The notes under the pieces: model-generated | The model's input: only the letters and a program-made list of their open reading frames with translations | What the model was told of the DNA's origin: nothing | Database searches by the model: none | Shown here: positions 36,462-46,489 of the stretch, piece by piece | Layout of the letters: each line of letters begins with the position of its first letter | Position numbering within the stretch: position 1 is the stretch's first letter | Position numbers and translations under genes: made by a program | Virus record (IMG/VR): IMGVR_UViG_3300028898_000252 | Location: 221,946-285,945 of that record | DNA: 64,000 nt | Strand: one strand, 5' to 3' | From: a virus | Lineage: Duplodnaviria; Heunggongvirae; Uroviricota; Caudoviricetes

Positions 36462-37366
36462 CCCGCGGTTTTTTCTTCTATTTCTTGTGCGTAAGATTTT
36501 ATCATTTCTGATGTAACCTCAGAATTTTTTAAATTTGGAAACATAGGATTTGTTTTTTCTGAGTTTTCTCCATAAAGTGAAGACCACGAGTTTGCCCAAA
36601 AATTTTTATATGTTTGAAGTTTTCTTTCAATATTAAACCACGAATAATGATAAACACATGGATATTTTTCGTGGTTTATAACATATTTTTTATACAATTT
36701 CTCATATGTTTCTAAATCATCTTCATTATACAATGAGCTTTGTCTTAAATTCCAATAGAAATCTATGTTTGGCATATATTGTTGGATTGGATTTAATGTT
36801 GACGAATTAATCAAATTACAACCATCTGACCCTTGTTTAGAAAACAATAAATTATCTTTATCATACCAGCGTAATTGTTTAGGTATTCCATGAGTTATAT
36901 GGGATAGATTTTTTGTTATTCTTTCTTTTGTTGGACCTATATCAATTCTTATTTTTTTCTTGCCCCAAAATTCAATAACAGGCAAATGTAAAACTTCAAT
37001 ATTTCCTGTTGAAAATTCGAAGCATAGATCTTTCCATTTTTTTATATCTTTTTCGTGAAAAATCTCATCAATATCAAATTGAATTAATACTGTTCCAGTA
37101 CAAAGTTTTCTAGAATTAGCTTTTGCTATACCATCATTGATTCCGTGATTTTTCGATTTCCAATCAAGTTCTGAATCATGAATTACTTTAATTTTTTTAT
37201 TTGCCTTTTCTAATTCTTTTAGAAGTTTTAAAGTTCCATCATTATTTCTCGACGAATCATAAACAATTAGCTCGTCGACAATAGGAAGTACAGACTCGAT
37301 TGAAGCTTTTAATGGATATTGTCCTTCAAAGCAATCTTTTGTTGTTGTATAAGCTGATATTTTCAT
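36350..37366 (-). CDS. GT-A fold glycosyltransferase
   Basis: SIESVLPIVDELIVYDS...DGT, QFDIDE, HYSW. Confidence 0.8.
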   Translation of the reverse strand: MKISAYTTTKDCFEGQYPLKASIESVLPIVDELIVYDSSRNNDGTLKLLKELEKANKKIKVIHDSELDWKSKNHGINDGIAKANSRKLCTGTVLIQFDIDEIFHEKDIKKWKDLCFEFSTGNIEVLHLPVIEFWGKKKIRIDIGPTKERITKNLSHITHGIPKQLRWYDKDNLLFSKQGSDGCNLINSSTLNPIQQYMPNIDFYWNLRQSSLYNEDDLETYEKLYKKYVINHEKYPCVYHYSWFNIERKLQTYKNFWANSWSSLYGENSEKTNPMFPNLKNSEVTSEMIKSYAQEIEEKTAGWIFHQPWDGSSVFGLTPENIGVIHPTYIKSWIEASE

Positions 37367-37791
37367 TCTGTTACCTTTATTTTAAGAAATAAATCTTCTT
37401 TTGAGGAAAGATAATCAATAACTTCATCTGTTTTATGATGGGAAAAATAATCTATCTTTAAGTAATTTTTAAAATTTATAGTGTTTTTGTGCATATCTGC
37501 TGGGTCGCAGGCTCCAGCAACGCAGTTGATTTGTTCAATTTGTTCAATTTGTTTTTCAGATAAATACTTTACGACATAAGCAAAAAGGATTTTATCTTTA
37601 AACTGTTCTAAAAATTTTTTTGGTTCCAAAATAAACAAATCTAACGATCCAAGTATTTCTTTATTAAAAAATAAATATTCTTCTAATGGAATAGTCTTCT
37701 CTGCTAGTGTATAATATCTTAGTGTTGATAATATCAGCTTATATTCTGGTTTCATATTAGCCTTTACACCATTCTGTTCCATAGTATACAC
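37363..37791 (-). CDS. hypothetical protein
   Basis: 142-aa ORF. Confidence 0.5.
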   Translation of the reverse strand: MYTMEQNGVKANMKPEYKLILSTLRYYTLAEKTIPLEEYLFFNKEILGSLDLFILEPKKFLEQFKDKILFAYVVKYLSEKQIEQIEQINCVAGACDPADMHKNTINFKNYLKIDYFSHHKTDEVIDYLSSKEDLFLKIKVTE

Positions 37792-38653
37792 AAAATCTAC
37801 AACTTGATCTATTTTTTGTGTAGTAATGTTTTCTTATATTAATAAAGAACTTTTTAATAAGATCTTCGGCTTCTTTTAATTGTTTTTCTTGAACTTCTAT
37901 TGGAATAAACAAACAACGGTCTTTATTTGACTTTGGTGTTTTCCTTCTTAAAACAACAAATCCACATTCTATTTGATCTAGAGGAATATTATTTTTTATA
38001 GAATAAAAATGTTTATAAAGAACAAGTTGTAAATATTTTTTTGGATCTGTAGATTTTGATTTGTCCCACCAATCTTTGGAACCTTTCCAGTCAATTATAT
38101 AATATTTGTTATTTGATTTAATAATTCCATCAACAAAACCTTTAAAAAAATAACCAGTTTCATTTTCAATAGGCTCAAACATTTCATATTCTGCGGCAAT
38201 AAATTCCCAATTAGGGAATGTTTTTTCCATAAATTCAGGAATTTGAGAAACTATTGGTTCAAGCACATCTTGCCAATTTTCTCGCTCTTCTTCAAGTTCT
38301 TCAAATTTTGAAAGTTTTGAAAATGCTTCAGTTAATTTTCTTTTCTCTTCTTCAAAATCGGGAAGTTTTTTTGTTATCAAATAATTTTCTAACATATCGT
38401 GAAGAATTTGTCCAAATTCTGTATTTTCATTAGGACCATCTAATGGAATTTGATCAATATATTTTAACCTATGTTTAAACTTACACTCATACCAGGTAAG
38501 AAGTTCGGAAAAACTGATATAGTTTTTCTTTTTTTCCATTGGAAGAGTCGAAACATTTCCTTCAAAAATTTTTTTGAGTGCAAAATCTTCCTTATTTCCG
38601 TCTTGCTCGAAATAAACAATTGGAAGGACTTTTTTCTTGTTTTCTACTGACAT
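37757..38653 (-). CDS. PD-(D/E)xK exonuclease (RecB/Cas4-like)
   Basis: ISFS...C, G..LH, KGFVD, IIDWK, QL.LY, CRFC......C. Confidence 0.85.
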   Translation of the reverse strand: MSVENKKKVLPIVYFEQDGNKEDFALKKIFEGNVSTLPMEKKKNYISFSELLTWYECKFKHRLKYIDQIPLDGPNENTEFGQILHDMLENYLITKKLPDFEEEKRKLTEAFSKLSKFEELEEERENWQDVLEPIVSQIPEFMEKTFPNWEFIAAEYEMFEPIENETGYFFKGFVDGIIKSNNKYYIIDWKGSKDWWDKSKSTDPKKYLQLVLYKHFYSIKNNIPLDQIECGFVVLRRKTPKSNKDRCLFIPIEVQEKQLKEAEDLIKKFFINIRKHYYTKNRSSCRFCVYYGTEWCKG

Positions 38654-38690
38654 AGGTTATGTGTAACCCATGATTACCTCCGAGGCAATG

Positions 38691-39800
38691 TCAAGAATAA
38701 ATCGAGGAGTTGTGTCTAACCCCAAACTCGACATTTGTTTGAAACTCTTTTATTGACCTTGAATTAGTATAACTCATAGCAGAACGAATCCCGCCAGCTA
38801 TGTTGGCTATAACTTCTTTAACACTTCCTTTTACTTTAACTTCAACTTCTTTGCCTTCTGGTGTTGCCATCATAATGTTTGGATCATTTAATAAATCACT
38901 TTGTAGTTTCATTGAACCAAATGACGCCATTCCCCTATATTTTACAATACCTTTATTTGGTTCAATCGTTTTAGTTAAAGATTCCAGAAATAGTGCTGTT
39001 GCATCATTGTGATCAGTTTTAAGTTTTTCTTTAAGGTAATTTATCTCTTCTAAAACTCTAACAACTGGGGGTGTTTCTTGGCACCCAGCAAAGAAACTTC
39101 CACTCATAACTAATGTCGCCCCAGCTCCTAATGCTTTTGCAAAATCTCCAATTTCTTTGCAGCCGCCGTCAGCAATTATAGGAACAAAAAGTTCTCTATT
39201 GTTACATGTATCCGCGACACACGAAAATGTTGGAGAATTTACTCCAGTTGTATTTTTTGTCGTGCAAATGCTTCCAGACCCAACCAATGTTTTTACTGCA
39301 TCTGCTCCCATTTTTTGTAAAGCAATTGCGCCTTCTGGTGTTCCAACATTTCCTAATACAATATAAATTTCTTTTCTATACGAAAGATTATTAACATAAT
39401 TCATTAATATTTCTACATGATGGCACCACGCATTAGCAATATCTACTATAAAATGGCGCGCACCAGCTTTATAAAGTTCATCAATTCTAATTTTGTAATC
39501 TTTAACACCAAGACTGCAAAAACAATAAGCTTTGGACTCTAACACAGTTTTAAATTGTTTTACATTTTCTTCAACAGACATGAATCTATGAAGAGCGGCA
39601 ATCGCGCCAGCTTCATAAGCGGCAATCGCCATTTCTTTTTCGCAAACAGTATCCATATTTGATACAATAACTGGTATTTTTATTTCCAAACCAAGAAAAT
39701 TTACTTTTGTATTAGCCTCTGTTCTTGATTTAAGAGAAGAGTATCCAGGTTTTATAAAAACATCTTGATAGTTATATTTAGGTTGATTGTCAAATCGCAT
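38691..39800 (-). CDS. IMP dehydrogenase / GMP reductase family protein
   Basis: SNMDTV, GSGSICTT, IIADGG, MSGSFFAG, YRGMAS, PEG. Confidence 0.9.
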   Translation of the reverse strand: MRFDNQPKYNYQDVFIKPGYSSLKSRTEANTKVNFLGLEIKIPVIVSNMDTVCEKEMAIAAYEAGAIAALHRFMSVEENVKQFKTVLESKAYCFCSLGVKDYKIRIDELYKAGARHFIVDIANAWCHHVEILMNYVNNLSYRKEIYIVLGNVGTPEGAIALQKMGADAVKTLVGSGSICTTKNTTGVNSPTFSCVADTCNNRELFVPIIADGGCKEIGDFAKALGAGATLVMSGSFFAGCQETPPVVRVLEEINYLKEKLKTDHNDATALFLESLTKTIEPNKGIVKYRGMASFGSMKLQSDLLNDPNIMMATPEGKEVEVKVKGSVKEVIANIAGGIRSAMSYTNSRSIKEFQTNVEFGVRHNSSIYS

Positions 39801-39809
39801 AACGCAAAT

Positions 39810-39838
39810 ATAATAAGACGGCTGTTATCTCTGAACAA
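39810..39838 (-). promoter_or_regulatory. sigma70-type promoter
   Basis: TTGTTC-N17-TATTAT, 9 nt before the ATG. Confidence 0.4.
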
Positions 39839-39855
39839 TGGTCTATAGTTAATGT

Positions 39856-40242
39856 ATGAGTCTTAAAATGGAATTAACACCAGAAAACAAAGAAATAGTT
39901 CAAAGGTTTATTGAGCACTGCAAACAAGAATTAGGAATTTCTTCTAAGTTCACTGTAAGACTAATAAAAAAAGGGCTAAAAGATCCCACGGCGGGAACAT
40001 TTAACCCTTCAACAAAAGAAGTAAATGTTTGTTGCAAAAATCGTGCTATAGCAGATTGTTTAAGAACAATTGCGCATGAATTAACTCATCTCAAACAATT
40101 AGAAGAAATGGATCACGACAATGGATTTCCAACAAATGATGAAGAATTACAGCCTTTTGAAGACGAAGCAAATGTATCGAGCGGAAAATTAGTGAGATAT
40201 TGGGGCAGGAAACACAGAGAGATTTATGGAGACTTAAAGTAA
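39856..40242 (+). CDS. HExxH zinc metallopeptidase-like protein
   Basis: TIAHELTHLKQ...EDEAN. Confidence 0.7.
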   Translation: MSLKMELTPENKEIVQRFIEHCKQELGISSKFTVRLIKKGLKDPTAGTFNPSTKEVNVCCKNRAIADCLRTIAHELTHLKQLEEMDHDNGFPTNDEELQPFEDEANVSSGKLVRYWGRKHREIYGDLK

Positions 40243-40563
40243 GTCTAAAATAGATCTTTTCTTTTCGGCAAAAGGTAGATCTATTTCTTTTAATAGAAGA
40301 TCTGCTTGCCCTATTCCTACTATAGTTGTACTCTGACCACAGTTTTTCATTTCGTATTTAAAATATTTAAATTCAAAAGTATTAATATCGATACAAACAA
40401 TAATATTGATTAATTCTCCAAGATCAATAAATCTAATAGGATTAAAAGAAAATGGTTTTAATTTTTTTATAAAAAAATCTTCCCGAGAATAAAACATTTC
40501 CAATTCCGAAAAGTTTCCAATTACGATTACATCTTTTATATTATCTTCTACATTGTTTTTCAT
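40234..40563 (-). CDS. hypothetical protein
   Basis: 109-aa ORF. Confidence 0.45.
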   Translation of the reverse strand: MKNNVEDNIKDVIVIGNFSELEMFYSREDFFIKKLKPFSFNPIRFIDLGELINIIVCIDINTFEFKYFKYEMKNCGQSTTIVGIGQADLLLKEIDLPFAEKKRSILDLL

Positions 40564-41486
40564 TTTATATTACTCCAAAAAAACTCTGATCGCGAAGAAA
40601 GATAGTTAATCATCTCTTCTCTCGAAGAATTAAACCAGGCTTCATCTTTGTGTTGAACATTTCTGTTTAATAACAGATCAAGACCAAGAAGTTTTGCTTC
40701 AATTACTATTCTTGGACAAGTGTCTTTGTCTGATGGTCTAAAACAAAAAGTTTGATACTTTGCCATTTCAGCTAAAAATTGTTTATATGGCAATTTTGGT
40801 AAATGGACATATTCTTTTCCTTCTACATTCAAATACGCTATTGTACTCTCAATTCCTTTTATCCAGGAAGAATTATCTTTTGATAAAATTGCTATCTTTT
40901 TAAGTTTTTCTTTATTTTTTGTTTCTTGATATAAAGATTCTATAAAATCAAGTGATTCTTTATCAAAGACAGAGGAAAGAACTTCTGAATTTACTTCTTT
41001 TATTTCTGGAACCTTTGTTGTGTAGTGCTTTTTCTGTGCTTCACTCATCCAAAATATTTTTTGGGCCGCTTTAAAAAATGGAACGAGAACATTTTTTATT
41101 GCCTCATTTGTTGCACAATCGCAAGGTTTTTTTGTTTGCATTAAATGCAAGCCTTCAGATCTAAAACGACAATACTTGTAATCGAACTCAATTATATAAT
41201 ATTTGACAGCTTCTTCTACAAAAGTATCCAAACTTTCACTTGTGGCTGTCACAAAGTTTGTTATTATAAAGGTTTTATCTTTATTATTTCTTATAAGTTC
41301 AGGTGTTAATGAATTAGAATGTAATTTAAATATTTTTCTTGATCTAGGTGCTTCTTTTATTAGAGATTCTGTTGTTAATTCCGCTCCACCTTGAATTTCT
41401 TCAACAAAAAAATCGGCAACTACAACAGTATCAAACATAGATGGAATATGAAATTCCATTGGCAAATTAGTAAAAACATTTTTCAT
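40560..41486 (-). CDS. GT-B fold glycosyltransferase-like protein
   Basis: GGAE, WIKG, DTCPRIVIEAKLLG (D/E-x7-E). Confidence 0.65.
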   Translation of the reverse strand: MKNVFTNLPMEFHIPSMFDTVVVADFFVEEIQGGAELTTESLIKEAPRSRKIFKLHSNSLTPELIRNNKDKTFIITNFVTATSESLDTFVEEAVKYYIIEFDYKYCRFRSEGLHLMQTKKPCDCATNEAIKNVLVPFFKAAQKIFWMSEAQKKHYTTKVPEIKEVNSEVLSSVFDKESLDFIESLYQETKNKEKLKKIAILSKDNSSWIKGIESTIAYLNVEGKEYVHLPKLPYKQFLAEMAKYQTFCFRPSDKDTCPRIVIEAKLLGLDLLLNRNVQHKDEAWFNSSREEMINYLSSRSEFFWSNIK

Positions 41487-43513
41487 TTTTTATCTTCTTC
41501 TTTCACTTCTTCAACGCTATCATTATGATCGAATATTTGATATGTAACATATTTTTCATTTTCGTCATTTGAAAAAATTTCTCCATCTCGATATAAAATT
41601 TCTAGAAAATCCATTGCATGACATTTGTTGATCAAACTAAACGGTAGTTTCTTTTTATTCTCAATAGTTTTAGGAACACACTCTTCCAAAGTAAAAGAAC
41701 TAAAAACAGTAATTTCATTCTTTTCCAAATCTAAAGAATCAAAAACATAAGGATGTAATCCTATTCCAACAACATCTCCTTTTTTCCAAGAAGACAATAT
41801 CTCTACTACTTTATCTCTGTCTTGTAACAAACCATTTGGTTCGGGAGACACATCAAAAGAATATTCCAAATTCTTTTCTTCATAGAAGATATTTCCAAAA
41901 GAGTTATATTTCGATACATGATTTTTATGTATTTTGTTTTTAACTTTGATTTCTTTTACAAGTTTTGGAGTTTGTTCGCCTTTTTTATCCGCATTTTCTG
42001 ATTGCATTTTTCTACCTGCTAATTTAGCCACGCAGTTTTCCGCTGTCAAGCTCATAGAAAAAGCATATTCTTTTGCATTATCTAACTTCAATATTTTATC
42101 AGTTACTTTAGAATTGAAGAATAAAAGAATTTTCAAGTCAGTTTCTTCGTGTATTTTTTCTATAAAATTTTTTCTATTTAAAGTTTTATTTAAGAACTTA
42201 AATAAAAAGTTTCCAAATTTTAGTTTTAACTTAAATAAAAGTTCATCACTGTTTATAAAATCAATTCCGAATCCTACTTTTTCTTCTTTTGAATTTCCTT
42301 TTCCGAAGTATTTTACTCCTCGATATTTTCGTTTCTGGAAACCGAGTCCGTTAAAAACGGTTGCCCAATTTTGATATTTTGTATTCACATAATTCCATAA
42401 AGGAACATCGAAAAACAGTTTTTTCATTACTTCGGAACGGTATTCTATATATTCGGTAATTGTTTTTCCAGTATATTTTTCTGTTAATTGTTTTTTAACG
42501 ACTCCATACTTTAATATAAAATTTTCCAATTCATTAAAAAACTTTTTATATTTTATAAACTCATCTTGATTTCGTTCAATAAAACCTAAATTTATCAATT
42601 TTTTAGCCCATATTTCAGACGCTTTTTCAAGAGAAAAATTATTTTTAACATTAATTGCATCATTTTTTTTATAATAAACAACACTTGAAACAACTTTATC
42701 AAGTTCTTCATCTGTAAATGAAGATTTATCTTCCATTCGTTCTCTTATTTTCAAAGCATAAGTTTTTATAGCAGAAACAAAATTTAAATCAGAACTTAAA
42801 TTAAATTTTGCAATTTGCATTAATTCTTTAAACAAAGTATCATTTCTTTTGCCTTTAGGGATTATTTTATCTGATAAATTTAAAGATGAACTATTTTGAG
42901 AGTAAACGATCTCTTGTTTTTTACCAACAAATGATTCTTTATTGTTTTCAAAAGACTGTAAAAAAGATATAATCCAATCTGGCATTGGACGTATTTCTTG
43001 GCCATTCCACTCATATCTATTTAATGATTTATGAAGAGATCCAACAGTAACAGCATATCTTCCATCAGATAAAATATCAAAGCCTCTCATATCTGGCTTT
43101 ATTTTAGATTTGATCTCAATAGAAGAGTCTAAAATAAAATAAAAATGCATTCCTTTTCCTGTCAGAACTTCACAGGTATTTTCCTTTTTTAAACTTTCAA
43201 TTAAATCTTTCTCAGTTTCCATGTTGTCAAAATCTAAAATAACAAGGCGTTTTGTTTTTGAACGATTTAATCCAGTTTGAACAGCCATGTTATACTGATT
43301 CTTATTTATTAGATCGATATAATATTGGATAGTATCTGTCGACACATTTAAATCCTTTACAAAATCTTTATTTTTCCATTTTCCTTTTGGATGTTTTCCT
43401 TTACTAATGCATAAACTCGATCCACAGGTACAGATACCATCCTCAGTAATAGAGTTTAATAGAATTAAAATAAACTCGTTCTGATGTGCAATGGAGGAAT
43501 AAAAAGACCGCAT
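41483..43513 (-). CDS. bifunctional primase-polymerase (AEP) with PriCT domain
   Basis: CTCG..C..KGKHP, ILDFD, TGKGMHFYF, GFDI, SLH....YEW, GKRNDTLF. Confidence 0.82.
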   Translation of the reverse strand: MRSFYSSIAHQNEFILILLNSITEDGICTCGSSLCISKGKHPKGKWKNKDFVKDLNVSTDTIQYYIDLINKNQYNMAVQTGLNRSKTKRLVILDFDNMETEKDLIESLKKENTCEVLTGKGMHFYFILDSSIEIKSKIKPDMRGFDILSDGRYAVTVGSLHKSLNRYEWNGQEIRPMPDWIISFLQSFENNKESFVGKKQEIVYSQNSSSLNLSDKIIPKGKRNDTLFKELMQIAKFNLSSDLNFVSAIKTYALKIRERMEDKSSFTDEELDKVVSSVVYYKKNDAINVKNNFSLEKASEIWAKKLINLGFIERNQDEFIKYKKFFNELENFILKYGVVKKQLTEKYTGKTITEYIEYRSEVMKKLFFDVPLWNYVNTKYQNWATVFNGLGFQKRKYRGVKYFGKGNSKEEKVGFGIDFINSDELLFKLKLKFGNFLFKFLNKTLNRKNFIEKIHEETDLKILLFFNSKVTDKILKLDNAKEYAFSMSLTAENCVAKLAGRKMQSENADKKGEQTPKLVKEIKVKNKIHKNHVSKYNSFGNIFYEEKNLEYSFDVSPEPNGLLQDRDKVVEILSSWKKGDVVGIGLHPYVFDSLDLEKNEITVFSSFTLEECVPKTIENKKKLPFSLINKCHAMDFLEILYRDGEIFSNDENEKYVTYQIFDHNDSVEEVKEEDKK

Positions 43514-43631
43514 GGGAGATAAGTAAGTTACACTTTATCACTATCAATACTCTAATCTATTCCTCCCTCCCAAACCCTCTTAGTGTAGTGACCACAAAAC
43601 GGAGATTATCTCTATACTACTTAAAGAAGTA

Positions 43632-44339
43632 ATGTCAAGCTATTTGAATAAGAGTAGAATAAGAAAAGTTTATGGCTATCAGCGGTACGAACCAAAAAAT
43701 ACTCAAGTTGTTATTGATGAAAATGGAACAATTCAAACGATTGATATTTCGAAAATAAAAATTGATAGACAATTTTATTTAATGCCTGGAAAAAAAGAAT
43801 ATGCTATATTACCAACAAGTTCTTTTTTTTCTGGAGAATATCTAGAAGAAGTTTTTCATATCTCTTCTTTTGCGACAGCTTCTTCCATTACATTTTCTAC
43901 TCCATTTTCTTCTAAGCCTATTGTCACAATAGAATTTTTAACAAGTTCAAATAATCTTTATAATATTTCAAATTTTGTAAAAAATATAGCGACCACTGGA
44001 TTTGACATTCAATATTCTTCTGAATTTTCTGGTTCCTTTGTTTGTAGAGCTGTTTATGCTGCAAATTATCCTATAATTGTTGAAAGATTACCTCGACTAT
44101 CTTCTAATTATTATACAGCTTCAGCAGGGATAGTTTCATTAAACAATAGCGATAATTCAACAATAACTTATAATAGTCTACTTGGAGATCCTACAGAACT
44201 ATTTTTAGGTCTAGAAGATGGTGGAACTAACTTAAGTCAAGTTTATCCTTCTCTGTCTGGTTCTCTATCTACAACTACAGCAAGTATTAATATTTCTTCT
44301 CAAACAGATTCAACTTTAAATTTTATAGTTGTTAAATAA
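43632..44339 (+). CDS. putative virion/tail-associated protein
   Basis: S/T-rich with ITFSTPFSSKP (H-lectin-like); upstream of the fibre gene. Confidence 0.5.
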   Translation: MSSYLNKSRIRKVYGYQRYEPKNTQVVIDENGTIQTIDISKIKIDRQFYLMPGKKEYAILPTSSFFSGEYLEEVFHISSFATASSITFSTPFSSKPIVTIEFLTSSNNLYNISNFVKNIATTGFDIQYSSEFSGSFVCRAVYAANYPIIVERLPRLSSNYYTASAGIVSLNNSDNSTITYNSLLGDPTELFLGLEDGGTNLSQVYPSLSGSLSTTTASINISSQTDSTLNFIVVK

Positions 44340-46488
44340 CGTTACCAACTTAATTATTAAAGAGAAAATGGCAATAGATTTTAGAGCTAATCAAATTAGA
44401 GTTGAAAAAATAATTTCTTCTGGATCAACAATTATAATTTATCCATCTGGCGCTGCTTCTGACTTAGCAGGCACAATTAACACTGGTATTTTTCCTCAAA
44501 CAGGATTTGGCTCAGATGTTTTCCTTTTTGTTTCTGGTGGAGTAACTCGTGGAGGTACATCCAAAAACGTAAGTCTTTTTGGAGGAATTTTAGTTTCTTC
44601 TGGAGCTATTTATGCTTTAGCTGGATTAAGCGGATCTCATACTAAATTAGCTGATGGAACTTCATATCTTATTGCTTCTGGTGCTGTAACAATTGTTACA
44701 AATTCAAATGGAAGTATAACAATTGGTTCTACAGGTGGCGGGGCTTCTTTTAGTTTTAATTCTACTTCAATAGCTTATTCTGGTTCTAGCGGATTAACTG
44801 GAAGCGGCAATTTTATTTTTAATGATAATACTGGAACAATTAAAATTTTTGAAGCAGAAGATGGTTTAGAAATTACAAGAAATACATTAAAAGTTTCTGA
44901 TCCAACAACTGAAACTGGGGCAAAAGATTTTACTATTAATGGCTCAAATGCTATAGTTTCTGGTTCTGGTGGAGCAATAACAGTAAATGCGGGAAATTCG
45001 GGATATTACGAAGGTGTTCCAAATACAGGTGGCGCTATTTCTTTAAATGCTGGTTCTGGTTCAAATGTCACCGATACATTTGTTCAAAGTGCTGGAACAG
45101 GTGGTTCAATTACATTAACTCCTGGAGCTGGTGGTTCTTCTTATGGAACTGCTCGCGGAGGAACTGGTGGATCTCTTATTTTTAATGGTTCATTTGGCGG
45201 AAATAGTTTTTCAAGCTATGGTGGTGCTGGAAGTAATATTTATATAACTGCTGGTTCCGCTGGTTCAGGTTCCGCTGGTTCAGGTTTAGGTGGTAATATT
45301 GAAATAACATCTGGACCGCCTTATTTTGGTTTCGCAGATGCAGACTCAGGTTATCTAAAACTTAATGTTGGTTATAGAACATTATCAACAACATTAAGCA
45401 GCGCTTCAATTAGAATTGATTCTGATGGTTTTGCAAGAAATGTTATATTTGGATTCGATCACATTTCTGTTGGTGGGATAACAGATTCTTACTTTATTGT
45501 TTCTGGTAGCCCAACTAGAAATGCACTTTTCATGAGCGATCTCATTTCTTCTGCTTCTATTAAAGCTATAACTGGATTTTCTGGTTCTCATACTAAATTA
45601 GTTGATGGAACTTCATATCTTATTGCTGCTGGTGGTATTACTATCACAACACAGTCAAACGGCTCAATTGAAATTTCGTCGAGCGCTGGTGGAAGTAGTT
45701 TACCTTCTGCTTCAAATGGAAGTGTGCTTGCTTATTCAAGCGATACTTGGGCTGCATCAAATGTTGGATCATTAGGACAACCACTTGTTTCATCTGGATC
45801 TGGTCAAGCTTTGTTTTCTAATGTTGTAGCTCCTTTAAGAATTGGAAATGGCTCTACGGCAACATTAGATGCGGACATGGCATTTGGATTGGGATATAAC
45901 TATAAAGCTATCAAAATAAGAGATTTTTTTAACTCGACATGGTTAAATATTTGGAGTAAAAATGGATCTAACTATTGGACATATGGAACAACCGATGCGA
46001 CAAACTCTAGTGGGACAATTCTTTATGCTCCGTCAAGTGCCAATTTTTATATTTATACGGGTGCCTCATTACATTTTCAAATTTCTGCTGGAGCTCTTAC
46101 TGTTGGAACCACCTCGGATTCTACAACAATAAGAGGAAATCCATTAACTATAGGCTTAACAACCGTTGTGGCAACATATCAGGGTGGAGCAAAAATACCA
46201 GAAACGACAATTTCTTCAAATACAACTCTTGACGCTTCTCATGAAGTTGTATTTGTTGACGCTTCTTCTGCACACGTCACAGCATCTTTGCCAGCGGGTT
46301 CAACAGGAAGAATATTATCAATACAAAGAATTTCTGGTTCAAATGATGTTGTTGTTGTCAGAGGAAGTTCTGACACAATTAGAGCATACGGAACAGCAGG
46401 ATTAACAGAATATAAAATTTCAGACAATGCTCGAAGAGGTTTAATTTTTAGATCTTCTGGAACAGAATGGGTTTTCGAGGTGGCGTAA
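44329..46488 (+). CDS. Gly/Ser-rich tail fibre-like protein
   Basis: GG.I...AG beta-solenoid repeats; duplicated SGSHTKL.DGTSYLIA.G block; C-terminal V.VDAS...T.SLP domain; likely start ATG at 44368. Confidence 0.7.
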   Translation: MLNNVTNLIIKEKMAIDFRANQIRVEKIISSGSTIIIYPSGAASDLAGTINTGIFPQTGFGSDVFLFVSGGVTRGGTSKNVSLFGGILVSSGAIYALAGLSGSHTKLADGTSYLIASGAVTIVTNSNGSITIGSTGGGASFSFNSTSIAYSGSSGLTGSGNFIFNDNTGTIKIFEAEDGLEITRNTLKVSDPTTETGAKDFTINGSNAIVSGSGGAITVNAGNSGYYEGVPNTGGAISLNAGSGSNVTDTFVQSAGTGGSITLTPGAGGSSYGTARGGTGGSLIFNGSFGGNSFSSYGGAGSNIYITAGSAGSGSAGSGLGGNIEITSGPPYFGFADADSGYLKLNVGYRTLSTTLSSASIRIDSDGFARNVIFGFDHISVGGITDSYFIVSGSPTRNALFMSDLISSASIKAITGFSGSHTKLVDGTSYLIAAGGITITTQSNGSIEISSSAGGSSLPSASNGSVLAYSSDTWAASNVGSLGQPLVSSGSGQALFSNVVAPLRIGNGSTATLDADMAFGLGYNYKAIKIRDFFNSTWLNIWSKNGSNYWTYGTTDATNSSGTILYAPSSANFYIYTGASLHFQISAGALTVGTTSDSTTIRGNPLTIGLTTVVATYQGGAKIPETTISSNTTLDASHEVVFVDASSAHVTASLPAGSTGRILSIQRISGSNDVVVVRGSSDTIRAYGTAGLTEYKISDNARRGLIFRSSGTEWVFEVA

Positions 46489-46489
46489 T

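Noticed and set aside
37757-38653. Cas4 or a CRISPR-Cas locus
   Set aside because: No repeat-spacer array or other cas genes seen; stand-alone Cas4-like nucleases are common in phages
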